Source: Rickettsiales bacterium (GTDB lineage: Bacteria > Pseudomonadota > Alphaproteobacteria > Rickettsiales > SXRF01). Taken from it: a DNA stretch of 54,158 nucleotides. The stretch lies in the NCBI GenBank assembly GCA_005792635.1, contig SXRF01000102.1:1-54158 (forward strand), in the 5' to 3' direction. The position numbers were made by a program, and so were the translations under genes. Below the pieces are notes generated by a model, which did no database searches, was not told the DNA's origin, and worked only from the letters and a program-made list of their open reading frames with translations. Of the stretch, positions 41,366-49,637 are shown piece after piece. Every line of letters begins with the position of its first letter. Position 1 is the first letter of the stretch.

Positions 41366-43107
41366 ATTTCCCCATTTTTTAAGTTCACAATAAAGTCACA
41401 TTTTCTAAGGGTGGAAAGCCTGTGAGCGACAATAATAATGGTTAAATCATCCTGTAAATTTTCAATTGCACTCATAACTGACTCTTCAGTTTCGTTATCA
41501 AGCGCGCTAGTTGCCTCATCCAAAACTAATAGTTTTGCATTTTTATAAAGCGCACGAGCTATTCCAACTCTTTGCCTCTGTCCGCCTGAAATGCGAATTC
41601 CCCGTTCACCAACCATAGAGTTATAATTATTCGGAGTAGATTCTATAAATTCAGCTATTTGAGCTTTACTAGCAGCTTTTTTTACTCGTTCTATATCAAT
41701 TTCATTAAGCGGAACACCAAGGGCAATATTTTCTGCAAAAGATCCATCACTTAAATAAATACTTTGTGGAACATGGGTTATATGACGCTGCCAAGCAACC
41801 GCATTTGCAGGATTAATAGTTTTCCCATCTACTGAAAAAACACCACTGGTTGGGAAAAGCAGCCCCATAACAATATCTAGCAAAGTACTCTTTCCACTGC
41901 CTGTTGTTCCTGTAATCCCTACTCTTGCTCCTTTTGGAATTTCAAGGTCTTTAATATTCAAAATCATAGGCATATTATGAGCATATTGGAACTGCACATT
42001 TTCTAATTTTATTTGTTTAGAAAACTCAATTTCTGGTAAAGATTTTATACTAACATGTTCTGGTATTGATTGATCCAGCAAAACCAATATATCAGTAAGA
42101 GTTGCTTGATTGCCAATTATCAATGACCAAGCGTTATAGGCTTGCTGTAATGCAGGTAGCAAACGTTGTACACCGAGGGCTAGTGCACCAAGTGTCGGCA
42201 AAGCAGAAGCAATACCACCATAATAACTAAGTATAAATGATATAATCGCCACTACAACTATACCGACAGATTCCATAGCAAATCTAGGACATCCATTTAT
42301 AAACAAATTAACCCCTTGCGAGCGTCGCAAATTCAAATCTGACTTACGATAAGTTTCACAATAAATAGGCTGCGTATTATCTAACAAAACATCACGAATT
42401 CCGCCAAGTCCTTCTTGCAGAATTTTTACACTTCTAGTCTGCTCATCAGAAATAATTTTACCATTCTTTACAAGCCTACCGTGCATAAGTTTGGCTAGTA
42501 ATATATAGCATCCGCCAAATCCACCACCTGCACCAATCGCCACCAGAGGATTTACATAAAGTAATGCCGAGCAAATAAAAACCAACAAAATACCAGAGTT
42601 AACGATTGTAAGTGCTGGCAATAAAATATGAAACATAAGAGCATGAGTTTTATTGGTGATTCCACTTATAATCTCGCTGCTATTGCGGGCAATATGTACG
42701 CTATAAGGCTGGTAAAGTGTTCTTCTATATATTTCGGTGCTTAAATCAGATCCTACAGTAAACGTAAACCAAGTGCTTACCCATAAGAGCAATAAACGGA
42801 TTAAACCAGCGATAATTGCAGCGATTACAAAAAATATGGTAAGAGGTTTTAGTAATTGCCCAGCACTTTCAATCCCAAAATTTTTAGCTATTTCCTGAAC
42901 TAAAGGCTGAGCGAAAACCTGCTCAGGTGCGGCAAGTGCGCTTAAAAAAGGTAGCAATGCACCAATGCTCATAACTTCGGCAAAAGCACTGGAAAGCATT
43001 AAGCCAATCAGTAAAAAGCACTGAAAACGCCTAACCTTGCTTAAATATGACCATAGTCGACGCAATTGCCTAATAGAAACACTTTTACATATTAGTGATG
43101 TAATCAT
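41353..43107 (-). CDS. Fused TMD-NBD ABC exporter (MsbA/PglK-like flippase candidate)
   Basis: Walker [10 protein letters not shown], signature ISGGQRQR and Walker [10 protein letters not shown]. The start was set to ATG 43107, which overlaps the upstream stop (ATGA). Confidence 0.85.
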   Translation of the reverse strand: MITSLICKSVSIRQLRRLWSYLSKVRRFQCFLLIGLMLSSAFAEVMSIGALLPFLSALAAPEQVFAQPLVQEIAKNFGIESAGQLLKPLTIFFVIAAIIAGLIRLLLLWVSTWFTFTVGSDLSTEIYRRTLYQPYSVHIARNSSEIISGITNKTHALMFHILLPALTIVNSGILLVFICSALLYVNPLVAIGAGGGFGGCYILLAKLMHGRLVKNGKIISDEQTRSVKILQEGLGGIRDVLLDNTQPIYCETYRKSDLNLRRSQGVNLFINGCPRFAMESVGIVVVAIISFILSYYGGIASALPTLGALALGVQRLLPALQQAYNAWSLIIGNQATLTDILVLLDQSIPEHVSIKSLPEIEFSKQIKLENVQFQYAHNMPMILNIKDLEIPKGARVGITGTTGSGKSTLLDIVMGLLFPTSGVFSVDGKTINPANAVAWQRHITHVPQSIYLSDGSFAENIALGVPLNEIDIERVKKAASKAQIAEFIESTPNNYNSMVGERGIRISGGQRQRVGIARALYKNAKLLVLDEATSALDNETEESVMSAIENLQDDLTIIIVAHRLSTLRKCDFIVNLKNGEICQN

Positions 43108-44150
43108 TGTTTCTTCGCATTGATTATTGCATTTTTCACATACCAATCCATGGCTATTTTTAACCCTTCTTTTACACGGCAATCAGGAATATACCCTAGC
43201 AAACTTCGTGCTTTAGAAACATCTGCCAGAGAATGACGGACATCACCAGATCGAAAATCACGATAAATTGCAGAAACACTGGCTAAATGCGGATATTTTG
43301 GAAGCAGATTCTCATGCAAATATTTGTATAAATCATTCAGTGTAGTACGATCTCCAACCGCAATGTTATAAACTTGGTTAACTGCATCTTTATTTTCTGA
43401 TAAGGCGGATAAAATATTGGCTTGTACCACATTATCTATATAACAAAAATCCCTACTAGTCTCACCATCTCCATTAATATAAACAGGTTCGTTTTTTATT
43501 ATGCTCGCAATCCATTTTGGAATCACCGCAGCATATGCTCCATTAGGATCCTGACGCTTGCCAAATACATTGAAATAGCGCAGCCCGATTGATTCTAAAC
43601 CATAACATCTAGCAAATACATCCGCATATAGTTCATTCACATATTTAGCAACAGCATATGGAGAAAGTGGCTTGCCAATTTTATCCTCTATCTTAGGAAG
43701 ACCTGCATGATCACCATAAGTAGAACTGGAAGCCGCATAAACAAAACGCTTCACCCCTGCATCACGACTTGCCACCAGCATATTTAAAAAGCCAGTAATA
43801 TTATTTTCATTAGTAAAAATTGGATTTTCTATAGAGCGAGGGACACTACCAATTGCCGCTTGATGCAAAACAAAATCAATATTTCTAGCTGCTTTTTTGC
43901 AAGCTTCTAAATCGCAAATATCACCATTTATAAATTCAAAATTTTCCCATTGCTCTGGTGTAACAATATTTTTGACTTCATCTAAATTATGTTGATAACC
44001 TGTTGCTAAATTATCCAGTCCTACCACTTTCTGATTGGCATTGAGTAAACTTTCCAACAAATTACTTCCTATAAAGCCAGCACATCCAGTTACCAGCCAC
44101 CGTTTAGGAGCTTCTGATAAATCTTTTAAGACTTCTGCATACTTATTCAT
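43104..44150 (-). CDS. wbpP: UDP-GlcNAc(A) C4-epimerase, WbpP/TviC-like
   Basis: 348 aa. The N-terminus ...[42 protein letters not shown] closely resembles WbpP as recalled. Confidence 0.8.
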   Translation of the reverse strand: MNKYAEVLKDLSEAPKRWLVTGCAGFIGSNLLESLLNANQKVVGLDNLATGYQHNLDEVKNIVTPEQWENFEFINGDICDLEACKKAARNIDFVLHQAAIGSVPRSIENPIFTNENNITGFLNMLVASRDAGVKRFVYAASSSTYGDHAGLPKIEDKIGKPLSPYAVAKYVNELYADVFARCYGLESIGLRYFNVFGKRQDPNGAYAAVIPKWIASIIKNEPVYINGDGETSRDFCYIDNVVQANILSALSENKDAVNQVYNIAVGDRTTLNDLYKYLHENLLPKYPHLASVSAIYRDFRSGDVRHSLADVSKARSLLGYIPDCRVKEGLKIAMDWYVKNAIINAKKQ

Positions 44151-45427
44151 AATCTTAAATCCGCATCTTCACTCGATAAAATATATTTTAAATCATAGAC
44201 TATGGATCTTGTCTTACCAAAAGAACGTATAATAGCACTGCCCATATCTCTAAATTGCTTATGAGCAACTGCTATAATAATTGCGTCATATGTTTCCTTT
44301 TCAGGATTCTTTGTCAGTTGTAATCCATATTCTTTTTTTGCCTCATCCGCATTTGCCCATGGGTCAAAAATATCAATATGACAGTTATAGTCTTTTAGCT
44401 CCGTTACAATATCCACCACCCGTGTATTGCGTAAATCAGGGCAGTTTTCCTTAAACGCTAGCCCCATTAGCAAAATTTTTGCACCAGCTACTTGCAAGCC
44501 TTTTTTGGTCATGGCTTTTACCAATTGCGAAACAACATAAGCTCCCATGCCATCATTAAGCCTGCGCCCTGCAAGGATGATTTCGGGATGATAGCCAATC
44601 GCCTGTGCTTTATGCGTCAAATAATATGGATCAACCCCAATGCAATGCCCACCGACTAAACCCGGCCTAAATGGCAAGAAATTCCATTTACTACCCGCAG
44701 CTTGCAAAACCGCTTCGGTATCAATGCCCATTTTATTAAAAATAATCGCAAGCTCATTGATAAGCGCAATGTTCAAATCACGCTGGGTGTTTTCAATAAC
44801 TTTTGCTGCTTCTGCTACCCGAATTGATTGAGCTTTATGTGTTCCAGCAGTTACAATTTCGTTATATAGATCATCAACTAAATCAGCAATTTGCGGATTA
44901 GAACCCGAAGTGACTTTTTTAATGGTGGTTACTCTATGCTCTTTATCCCCCGGATTAATGCGTTCAGGCGAATATCCGCAATAAAAGCCACCATCCACAT
45001 TATATTTAAGCCCTGATAACTTCTCCAGAATCGGCACGCAATCTTCTTCCGTCACACCGGGATAAACTGTTGATTCATATATCACAATATCACCAGCCTT
45101 AAGCACTTTGCCAATGGTTTCACTGGCTTTGATAAGTGGTGTTAAATCAGGGCGTTTATACTCATCAATGGGCGTTGGCACTGTTACGATAAAACAATTG
45201 CACTCGCGCAAATCCTCTATATTCATGGTGTATGTTAGTAATTTAGCTTCTTTAAGCTCGTTTTGTGAAGTTTCCAGCGTATGATCATGCCCAGATTTTA
45301 GCTCAGTAATACGCACACTACTAATATCAAAACCAATGACTGAACGCTTCTTGCCGAACTCCACAGCCAGTGGCAAACCGACATATCCTAACCCTATAAT
45401 GGCAAGTTTTATTTCTGAAAGTTTCAT
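44147..45427 (-). CDS. wbpO: UDP-GlcNAc 6-dehydrogenase, WbpO/TviB-like
   Basis: 426 aa with [18 protein letters not shown] and a nucleotide-sugar dehydrogenase pattern containing the catalytic [11 protein letters not shown]. Confidence 0.85.
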   Translation of the reverse strand: MKLSEIKLAIIGLGYVGLPLAVEFGKKRSVIGFDISSVRITELKSGHDHTLETSQNELKEAKLLTYTMNIEDLRECNCFIVTVPTPIDEYKRPDLTPLIKASETIGKVLKAGDIVIYESTVYPGVTEEDCVPILEKLSGLKYNVDGGFYCGYSPERINPGDKEHRVTTIKKVTSGSNPQIADLVDDLYNEIVTAGTHKAQSIRVAEAAKVIENTQRDLNIALINELAIIFNKMGIDTEAVLQAAGSKWNFLPFRPGLVGGHCIGVDPYYLTHKAQAIGYHPEIILAGRRLNDGMGAYVVSQLVKAMTKKGLQVAGAKILLMGLAFKENCPDLRNTRVVDIVTELKDYNCHIDIFDPWANADEAKKEYGLQLTKNPEKETYDAIIIAVAHKQFRDMGSAIIRSFGKTRSIVYDLKYILSSEDADLRL

Positions 45428-45449
45428 TCTGTATTATCTGAAAGTTATA

Positions 45450-46763
45450 TTATTTTCTTTTATTTTCTTTTTCACTTATCACATTCATTGATGCCATAGC
45501 AACACTTATTGAATACCATAAAAGAATTGCTGACCAGTTGGAAAAAATACTTTGTGTAGGCATGAAAGGAAAGAAATTTACTATTAGTGTTGAGATGGCA
45601 AATATGGGAAGCAATCGTTCTATTCCTTTGCTTGCTAAGAATGCCTTAAATGTTTTATAAAAAAGGCAAAAAACTAGACTTGTAAACAACAAAAACCCTA
45701 TAATACCTGTTTCTGCAAACCATTCTATATATAAATTATGCGGATGCAAATTTTCTGTGGTTATCACGCCAGAAACAAATAATTGATGGCAAAGTTCACG
45801 AAATCCTTTTAGTCCTGCGCCAGTTTGCAAGTGTTCCCAGCCTATAATAATTCCTGCTTTTTGCAATTGTCCATATTCCGAAGCTAAATAGTTGGAAATC
45901 ACATCAAAAAATTGATGTGAACGCCCTTGCACATGGCTTTGAGTTTTAAGCAGAAATATAGATTCAATAATTATTATGAAAACAACCATAGATATGGTTT
46001 TAGTTAGCTTTCTTTCAGTAATAGCAAGCAAAAAAGCTCCTGCAAGTAGAGATATCATTGTGCTGGCAAAGGCGGTGCGTTCGCCAGTTAGAAGAATTGT
46101 TGATATTGACATAATCAACAAAAAAATACCGCCTATGATTTCTATTTTATTTTCTTTAACAGAAGCAAAAAACAAATATATGCCAATAATAGGAAACAGC
46201 ATTTTTGCCATAAAAATTCCTACTTTTACATTATCAAGTGGTCCTGTAAGTCGTCCGCTAATATCTCGCAAATTCCCAGTTATAGACACACCAAAAATAT
46301 ATTGCCATAGAGTATCAACAATCACAAAAAGTAATATAATTGCTAAGATTTTACCAAGATTACAAATAGCATCCGAACGAGTTAAAATCCAATTCTTAAG
46401 TGAGGCATAAATCAAAAGATAACGTATCCATGTTATCGAAACGCCAAAAGATTCTGAAATATTTTGTGCAAAAATTGAGACAAACAACAGCCAAACCCAT
46501 GCTAGCAACCCAATTTTTGTGACTGGATCACATAGCCAGTTCCATTTGTTGTCGCGAATAGAGGTTGCTAAAAACGTTACGCCAACTATGGCAACACAAG
46601 CTTCTGCAACTCCGCGATTAAAAATCAAACCAAATGGCAAGACAATGGTTGCAATGTAGCCTGTAAACCACAGTTTATCTTGGATTTTTAGCCATTTTTT
46701 TAGTTGGGTTATGCTCACCAAAACACCTTGATGTAAATCATATTTTATTCTTCCGATAATCAT
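45450..46763 (-). CDS. O-antigen-ligase/Wzy_C-family membrane protein (WaaL or O-oligosaccharyltransferase candidate)
   Basis: 437 aa and polytopic. ...TGERTAF... and the HPHNLYIEWFAETG motif are typical of the Wzy_C domain. Confidence 0.7.
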   Translation of the reverse strand: MIIGRIKYDLHQGVLVSITQLKKWLKIQDKLWFTGYIATIVLPFGLIFNRGVAEACVAIVGVTFLATSIRDNKWNWLCDPVTKIGLLAWVWLLFVSIFAQNISESFGVSITWIRYLLIYASLKNWILTRSDAICNLGKILAIILLFVIVDTLWQYIFGVSITGNLRDISGRLTGPLDNVKVGIFMAKMLFPIIGIYLFFASVKENKIEIIGGIFLLIMSISTILLTGERTAFASTMISLLAGAFLLAITERKLTKTISMVVFIIIIESIFLLKTQSHVQGRSHQFFDVISNYLASEYGQLQKAGIIIGWEHLQTGAGLKGFRELCHQLFVSGVITTENLHPHNLYIEWFAETGIIGFLLFTSLVFCLFYKTFKAFLASKGIERLLPIFAISTLIVNFFPFMPTQSIFSNWSAILLWYSISVAMASMNVISEKENKRK

Positions 46764-47358
46764 CTAGCCGTAAAAATGTTGCATGACCATCAGTTTTTAC
46801 GCCATCACGCTTTAAAACCACTAGAACAGTTTTCAGAATGATTTTTATATCCAGCCAGATGCTCCAATGATCCACATATTCTATGTCCATTTGTAGGCGT
46901 TCGTCCCAATTGAGATTGTTACGTCCGTTGACTTGTGCTAACCCCGTAACTCCAGGCTTAACCTCATGTCTTCTCATTTCAATTTCACTATAATATGGAA
47001 AAAAATCAAAGAGTAAAGGGCGCGGACCAACGATGCTCATATCGCCTTTTAATATATTGATAAGTTGAGGCAATTCATCAAGGCTAAGTCCGCGCATTAT
47101 TTCGCCAAATTTTGTTAGTCGCTCAGTATCACTTAGTGGTTTTCCGCTATCATCCATTGCATTTTTCATGCTACGAAATTTCATTATTTTGAATGGTTTT
47201 TGGTTTAATCCCGGGCGGATTTGGGTAAAAATTATAGGGCTGCCCATAGTCAGGCGCACTATAATAGCCACTGCCAGCAAAACAGGGCTTAGAATTATTA
47301 GCCCCACCACTGCACCGCAAATATCTATAATTCGTTTAACAATTTGTTTATTTAGCAT
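46738..47358 (-). CDS. Small initiating phosphoglycosyl transferase (PglC/WbaP C-domain type)
   Basis: 206 aa with FKIMKFRSM, DELPQLINILKGDMSIVGPRP and a single N-terminal re-entrant helix. Confidence 0.88.
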   Translation of the reverse strand: MLNKQIVKRIIDICGAVVGLIILSPVLLAVAIIVRLTMGSPIIFTQIRPGLNQKPFKIMKFRSMKNAMDDSGKPLSDTERLTKFGEIMRGLSLDELPQLINILKGDMSIVGPRPLLFDFFPYYSEIEMRRHEVKPGVTGLAQVNGRNNLNWDERLQMDIEYVDHWSIWLDIKIILKTVLVVLKRDGVKTDGHATFLRLDDYRKNKI

Positions 47359-47799
47359 TTTTTATTATTTTCTTGGCAGCAGGTTTCTTTATATTTTTCT
47401 TTTTTACGCAGTTTTTATATCAGTTGTTTTTCCTGTTCCTTTTTTTAGTAACAGAAATGTAATCTTAATATCCCACACCCACGCCATATTTTTGTTCCCT
47501 TATGCCACTTTATAATTGCGCTATTTATATCTAGCGAAAGCAGCTTTAGCAAGTCATCATCTTTTAGGACCGTAAGGTTGATTTATTTGATCGTTTTTGA
47601 GTAGATCTCTTGTTTGGTTTTTTTTGCTTCAATTGTATCTTATCACACGAATTTATGCACCAGCACATTTTTCTTTTGCCTGATGCGAAGCAGCGGTTAG
47701 ATTTAAATTCTGCCCAGAAATTCGCTATGGCGCAAGCGACCCGAAGGGCGGCGAAGCCAATATGGTGGTTTCCGAGAACCGTAGCGGAGTGTATGTAAC

Positions 47800-47852
47800 A
47801 AATCCACAAGTGGGATTTGTTCCTTAAAAAACAAAATCCCACTTGTGGATTT
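47800..47852. repeat. Perfect 19-bp inverted repeat with a 15-nt spacer
   Basis: AAATCCACAAGTGGGATTT (47800-47818) and its exact reverse complement (47834-47852). It lies in the 640-bp divergent region between the glycan cluster and hisZ. Confidence 0.85.
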
Positions 47853-48001
47853 TGTGTACATGAGCTTTGGCACGCGCATGAAACTGCGATTTGCAGCAAG
47901 CTATTAGTAGAATTACTCAACATAACCTAAGAGAATGCTTGTTTAATAAGTATTTTTTGGCTATTAGTTGGCTGGAATAGCTTAAAATTGAAAGATGTTG
48001 T

Positions 48002-49153
48002 ATGGTTAAGCCGCTTTTGCCTTCTGGTTGTTATGATGTTTTGCCGCCATATGCGCGGCAGGAGTCGGAGTTGTCACACGCTTTGCTCAGTGTTTTTGAG
48101 AGCTATGGCTATGAGCAAGTTTCGCCGCCATTGCTGGAATATAGCGACAATTTACTGGCGGGCAGGGGCAGCAGCCTTAGCAGCCAGATTTTCCGCGTTA
48201 TGGATTCTAGTAGCCACAAGGTTATGGGCATTCGCGCTGATATAACGCTACAGATTGCCCGCATTGCCATTTCTCGGCTTTCTCATGCGCCGCGCCCGCT
48301 TCGTGTTTGCTATAGCGGGCTGATTATGCGGATGAATGGCGAGCAGCTAAAAAACAACCGCCAACTTCATCAGGCAGGCATTGAGCTGATTGGCGCAAGC
48401 AGTGCGGAGGCGGACGGCGAGGTGATTATCGTTGCAGCGACAGCGTTGCATAAGGCTGGTATTGCTAAAATTTCCATTGATCTTAATCTGCCTAGTCTTG
48501 TTGGTTCGTTGCTGGCGGCGGAAAGGTTGGAGGAAGGGCAACTGCGTGATTTACTGAGCGCGATTGCGCATAAGGATGTTTCCAGCATTCGTGCTATGAA
48601 GTTTTCATACCGCGATACGCTGATTGGTTTGTTGCAATGCGCGGGAGCGGCGGAAGTCGCGCTGGCGGCGATTGAACGGCTGGATTTGCCAGATAGTGCG
48701 CGCAGGGAATGTGCGGATTTACGCCAAGTTGTTGATATTCTGAAAACACGGGGCAGCGCGGATTGGGCAATCACCATTGATGCAACGGAAAATCGTGGGG
48801 CTGGCTATCATTCTGGTATTGGTTTTTCGATATTTGTTGATGGCGTATCCTCAGAAGTTGGGCGCGGTGGTCGCTATAAAATTCAAGGTGCAAGCGCGAG
48901 CGAGGACACGGAAGCAACAGGTTTTACCCTATATGTCGAAAACCTCATTGATATTTTGCCACAGCCACAACGCGCAAAACGCATTTTTGTTAGCGACGGA
49001 ATATATGCGCGGGAAACAGAGAAATTACAGGCGCAGGGATTTGTCATAATTCATGCTCTAAGCGAATATGGTCGCGGTGATGACGAAGCGAAAAGGCTTG
49101 GCTGTGGCTGGGCTTATCGTGATGGGCATATTGTGGAATTGCCACTCACTTAA
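48002..49153 (+). CDS. hisZ: ATP phosphoribosyltransferase regulatory subunit HisZ
   Basis: 383 aa. HisRS-like catalytic core without an anticodon domain: LPSGCYDVLPP...YGYEQVSPPLLEY...FRVMD...MGIRADITLQIARI. Confidence 0.85.
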   Translation: MVKPLLPSGCYDVLPPYARQESELSHALLSVFESYGYEQVSPPLLEYSDNLLAGRGSSLSSQIFRVMDSSSHKVMGIRADITLQIARIAISRLSHAPRPLRVCYSGLIMRMNGEQLKNNRQLHQAGIELIGASSAEADGEVIIVAATALHKAGIAKISIDLNLPSLVGSLLAAERLEEGQLRDLLSAIAHKDVSSIRAMKFSYRDTLIGLLQCAGAAEVALAAIERLDLPDSARRECADLRQVVDILKTRGSADWAITIDATENRGAGYHSGIGFSIFVDGVSSEVGRGGRYKIQGASASEDTEATGFTLYVENLIDILPQPQRAKRIFVSDGIYARETEKLQAQGFVIIHALSEYGRGDDEAKRLGCGWAYRDGHIVELPLT

Positions 49154-49525
49154 TTTTTTTTCGCATATAAATAATCTCCTTGAAAATATTCGTTGTTCAC
49201 ATTCCGATGGTATATCCAGTTGAATTGGTCGGGAAGTGGGAAAATGCAAAAAAATTAAGGCATAATAAAAATGCAAAAAATACCGAAAATAATTTTTGTG
49301 AATTCAGAAATATCAAACGCTTATTTCAATAACTTAAAGTAAAAAGCGGTACTTTTAGGGACAAAAAACGCCGATTTTAGGGCTGTATGTCGGGTTTATT
49401 CAGGCAAAATATTTTCCGCGTAGGCGGTGTCTACAGTGAACTAGCGGCTCAATTTTGTGTCCATATACAGCTATCAGCGGGCTGATAACGGTCACTTTTG
49501 GGCTATCACCAGACACATTATTGTC

Positions 49526-49607
49526 ATGCCGCACTTGTTGCGGCATCTGGGAAGAAAAGTATAGCTTTTCTCTTATTTTTAACCAGACCCCGCAATAAAT
49601 GCGGGGT
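49526..49607. repeat. Two related GC-rich 8-bp-stem hairpins in inverted orientation (REP-like)
   Basis: TGTC-ATGCCGCA-cttgt-TGCGGCAT-CTGG (plus strand, 49526-49546 core) and TGTC-ACCCCGCA-tttat-TGCGGGGT-CTGG (minus strand, 49587-49607 core). Confidence 0.6.
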
Positions 49608-49637
49608 GACAAGCCATAGGATTTTTATAAATATTTT

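Noticed and set aside
43108-43182. Cys-rich N-terminal extension of the ABC transporter ORF ([25 protein letters not shown]), which looks like a zinc ribbon.
   Set aside because: It overlaps the end of the WbpP-like gene in another frame. ATG 43107 forms an ATGA overlap and gives a normal TMD N-terminus.
47564-47923. 119-aa minus-strand ORF in the glycan-cluster/hisZ intergenic region.
   Set aside because: Odd composition (Cys/Ser/Asn/Lys), no RBS and no domain. It spans the 19-bp inverted repeat and is more likely non-coding leader sequence.
47359-48001. Searched the glycan-cluster leader for a JUMPstart/ops (GGCGGTAG) antitermination element.
   Set aside because: Only partial resemblances were found (GCAGCGGTTAG, CCGTAGCGGAG) and no exact ops core, so it is not called.
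49140-49165. Possible hisZ terminator (GTGG-aattg-CCAC followed by a T8 run).
   Set aside because: The stem is only 4 bp and is separated from the T-run by 8 nt, which is too weak to call.
49400-49612. 70-aa minus-strand ORF between hisZ and rne.
   Set aside because: It is a translation of the two REP-like hairpins (…SPRIYCGVW…, …MPQQVRHDN…), with no RBS or coding signature.
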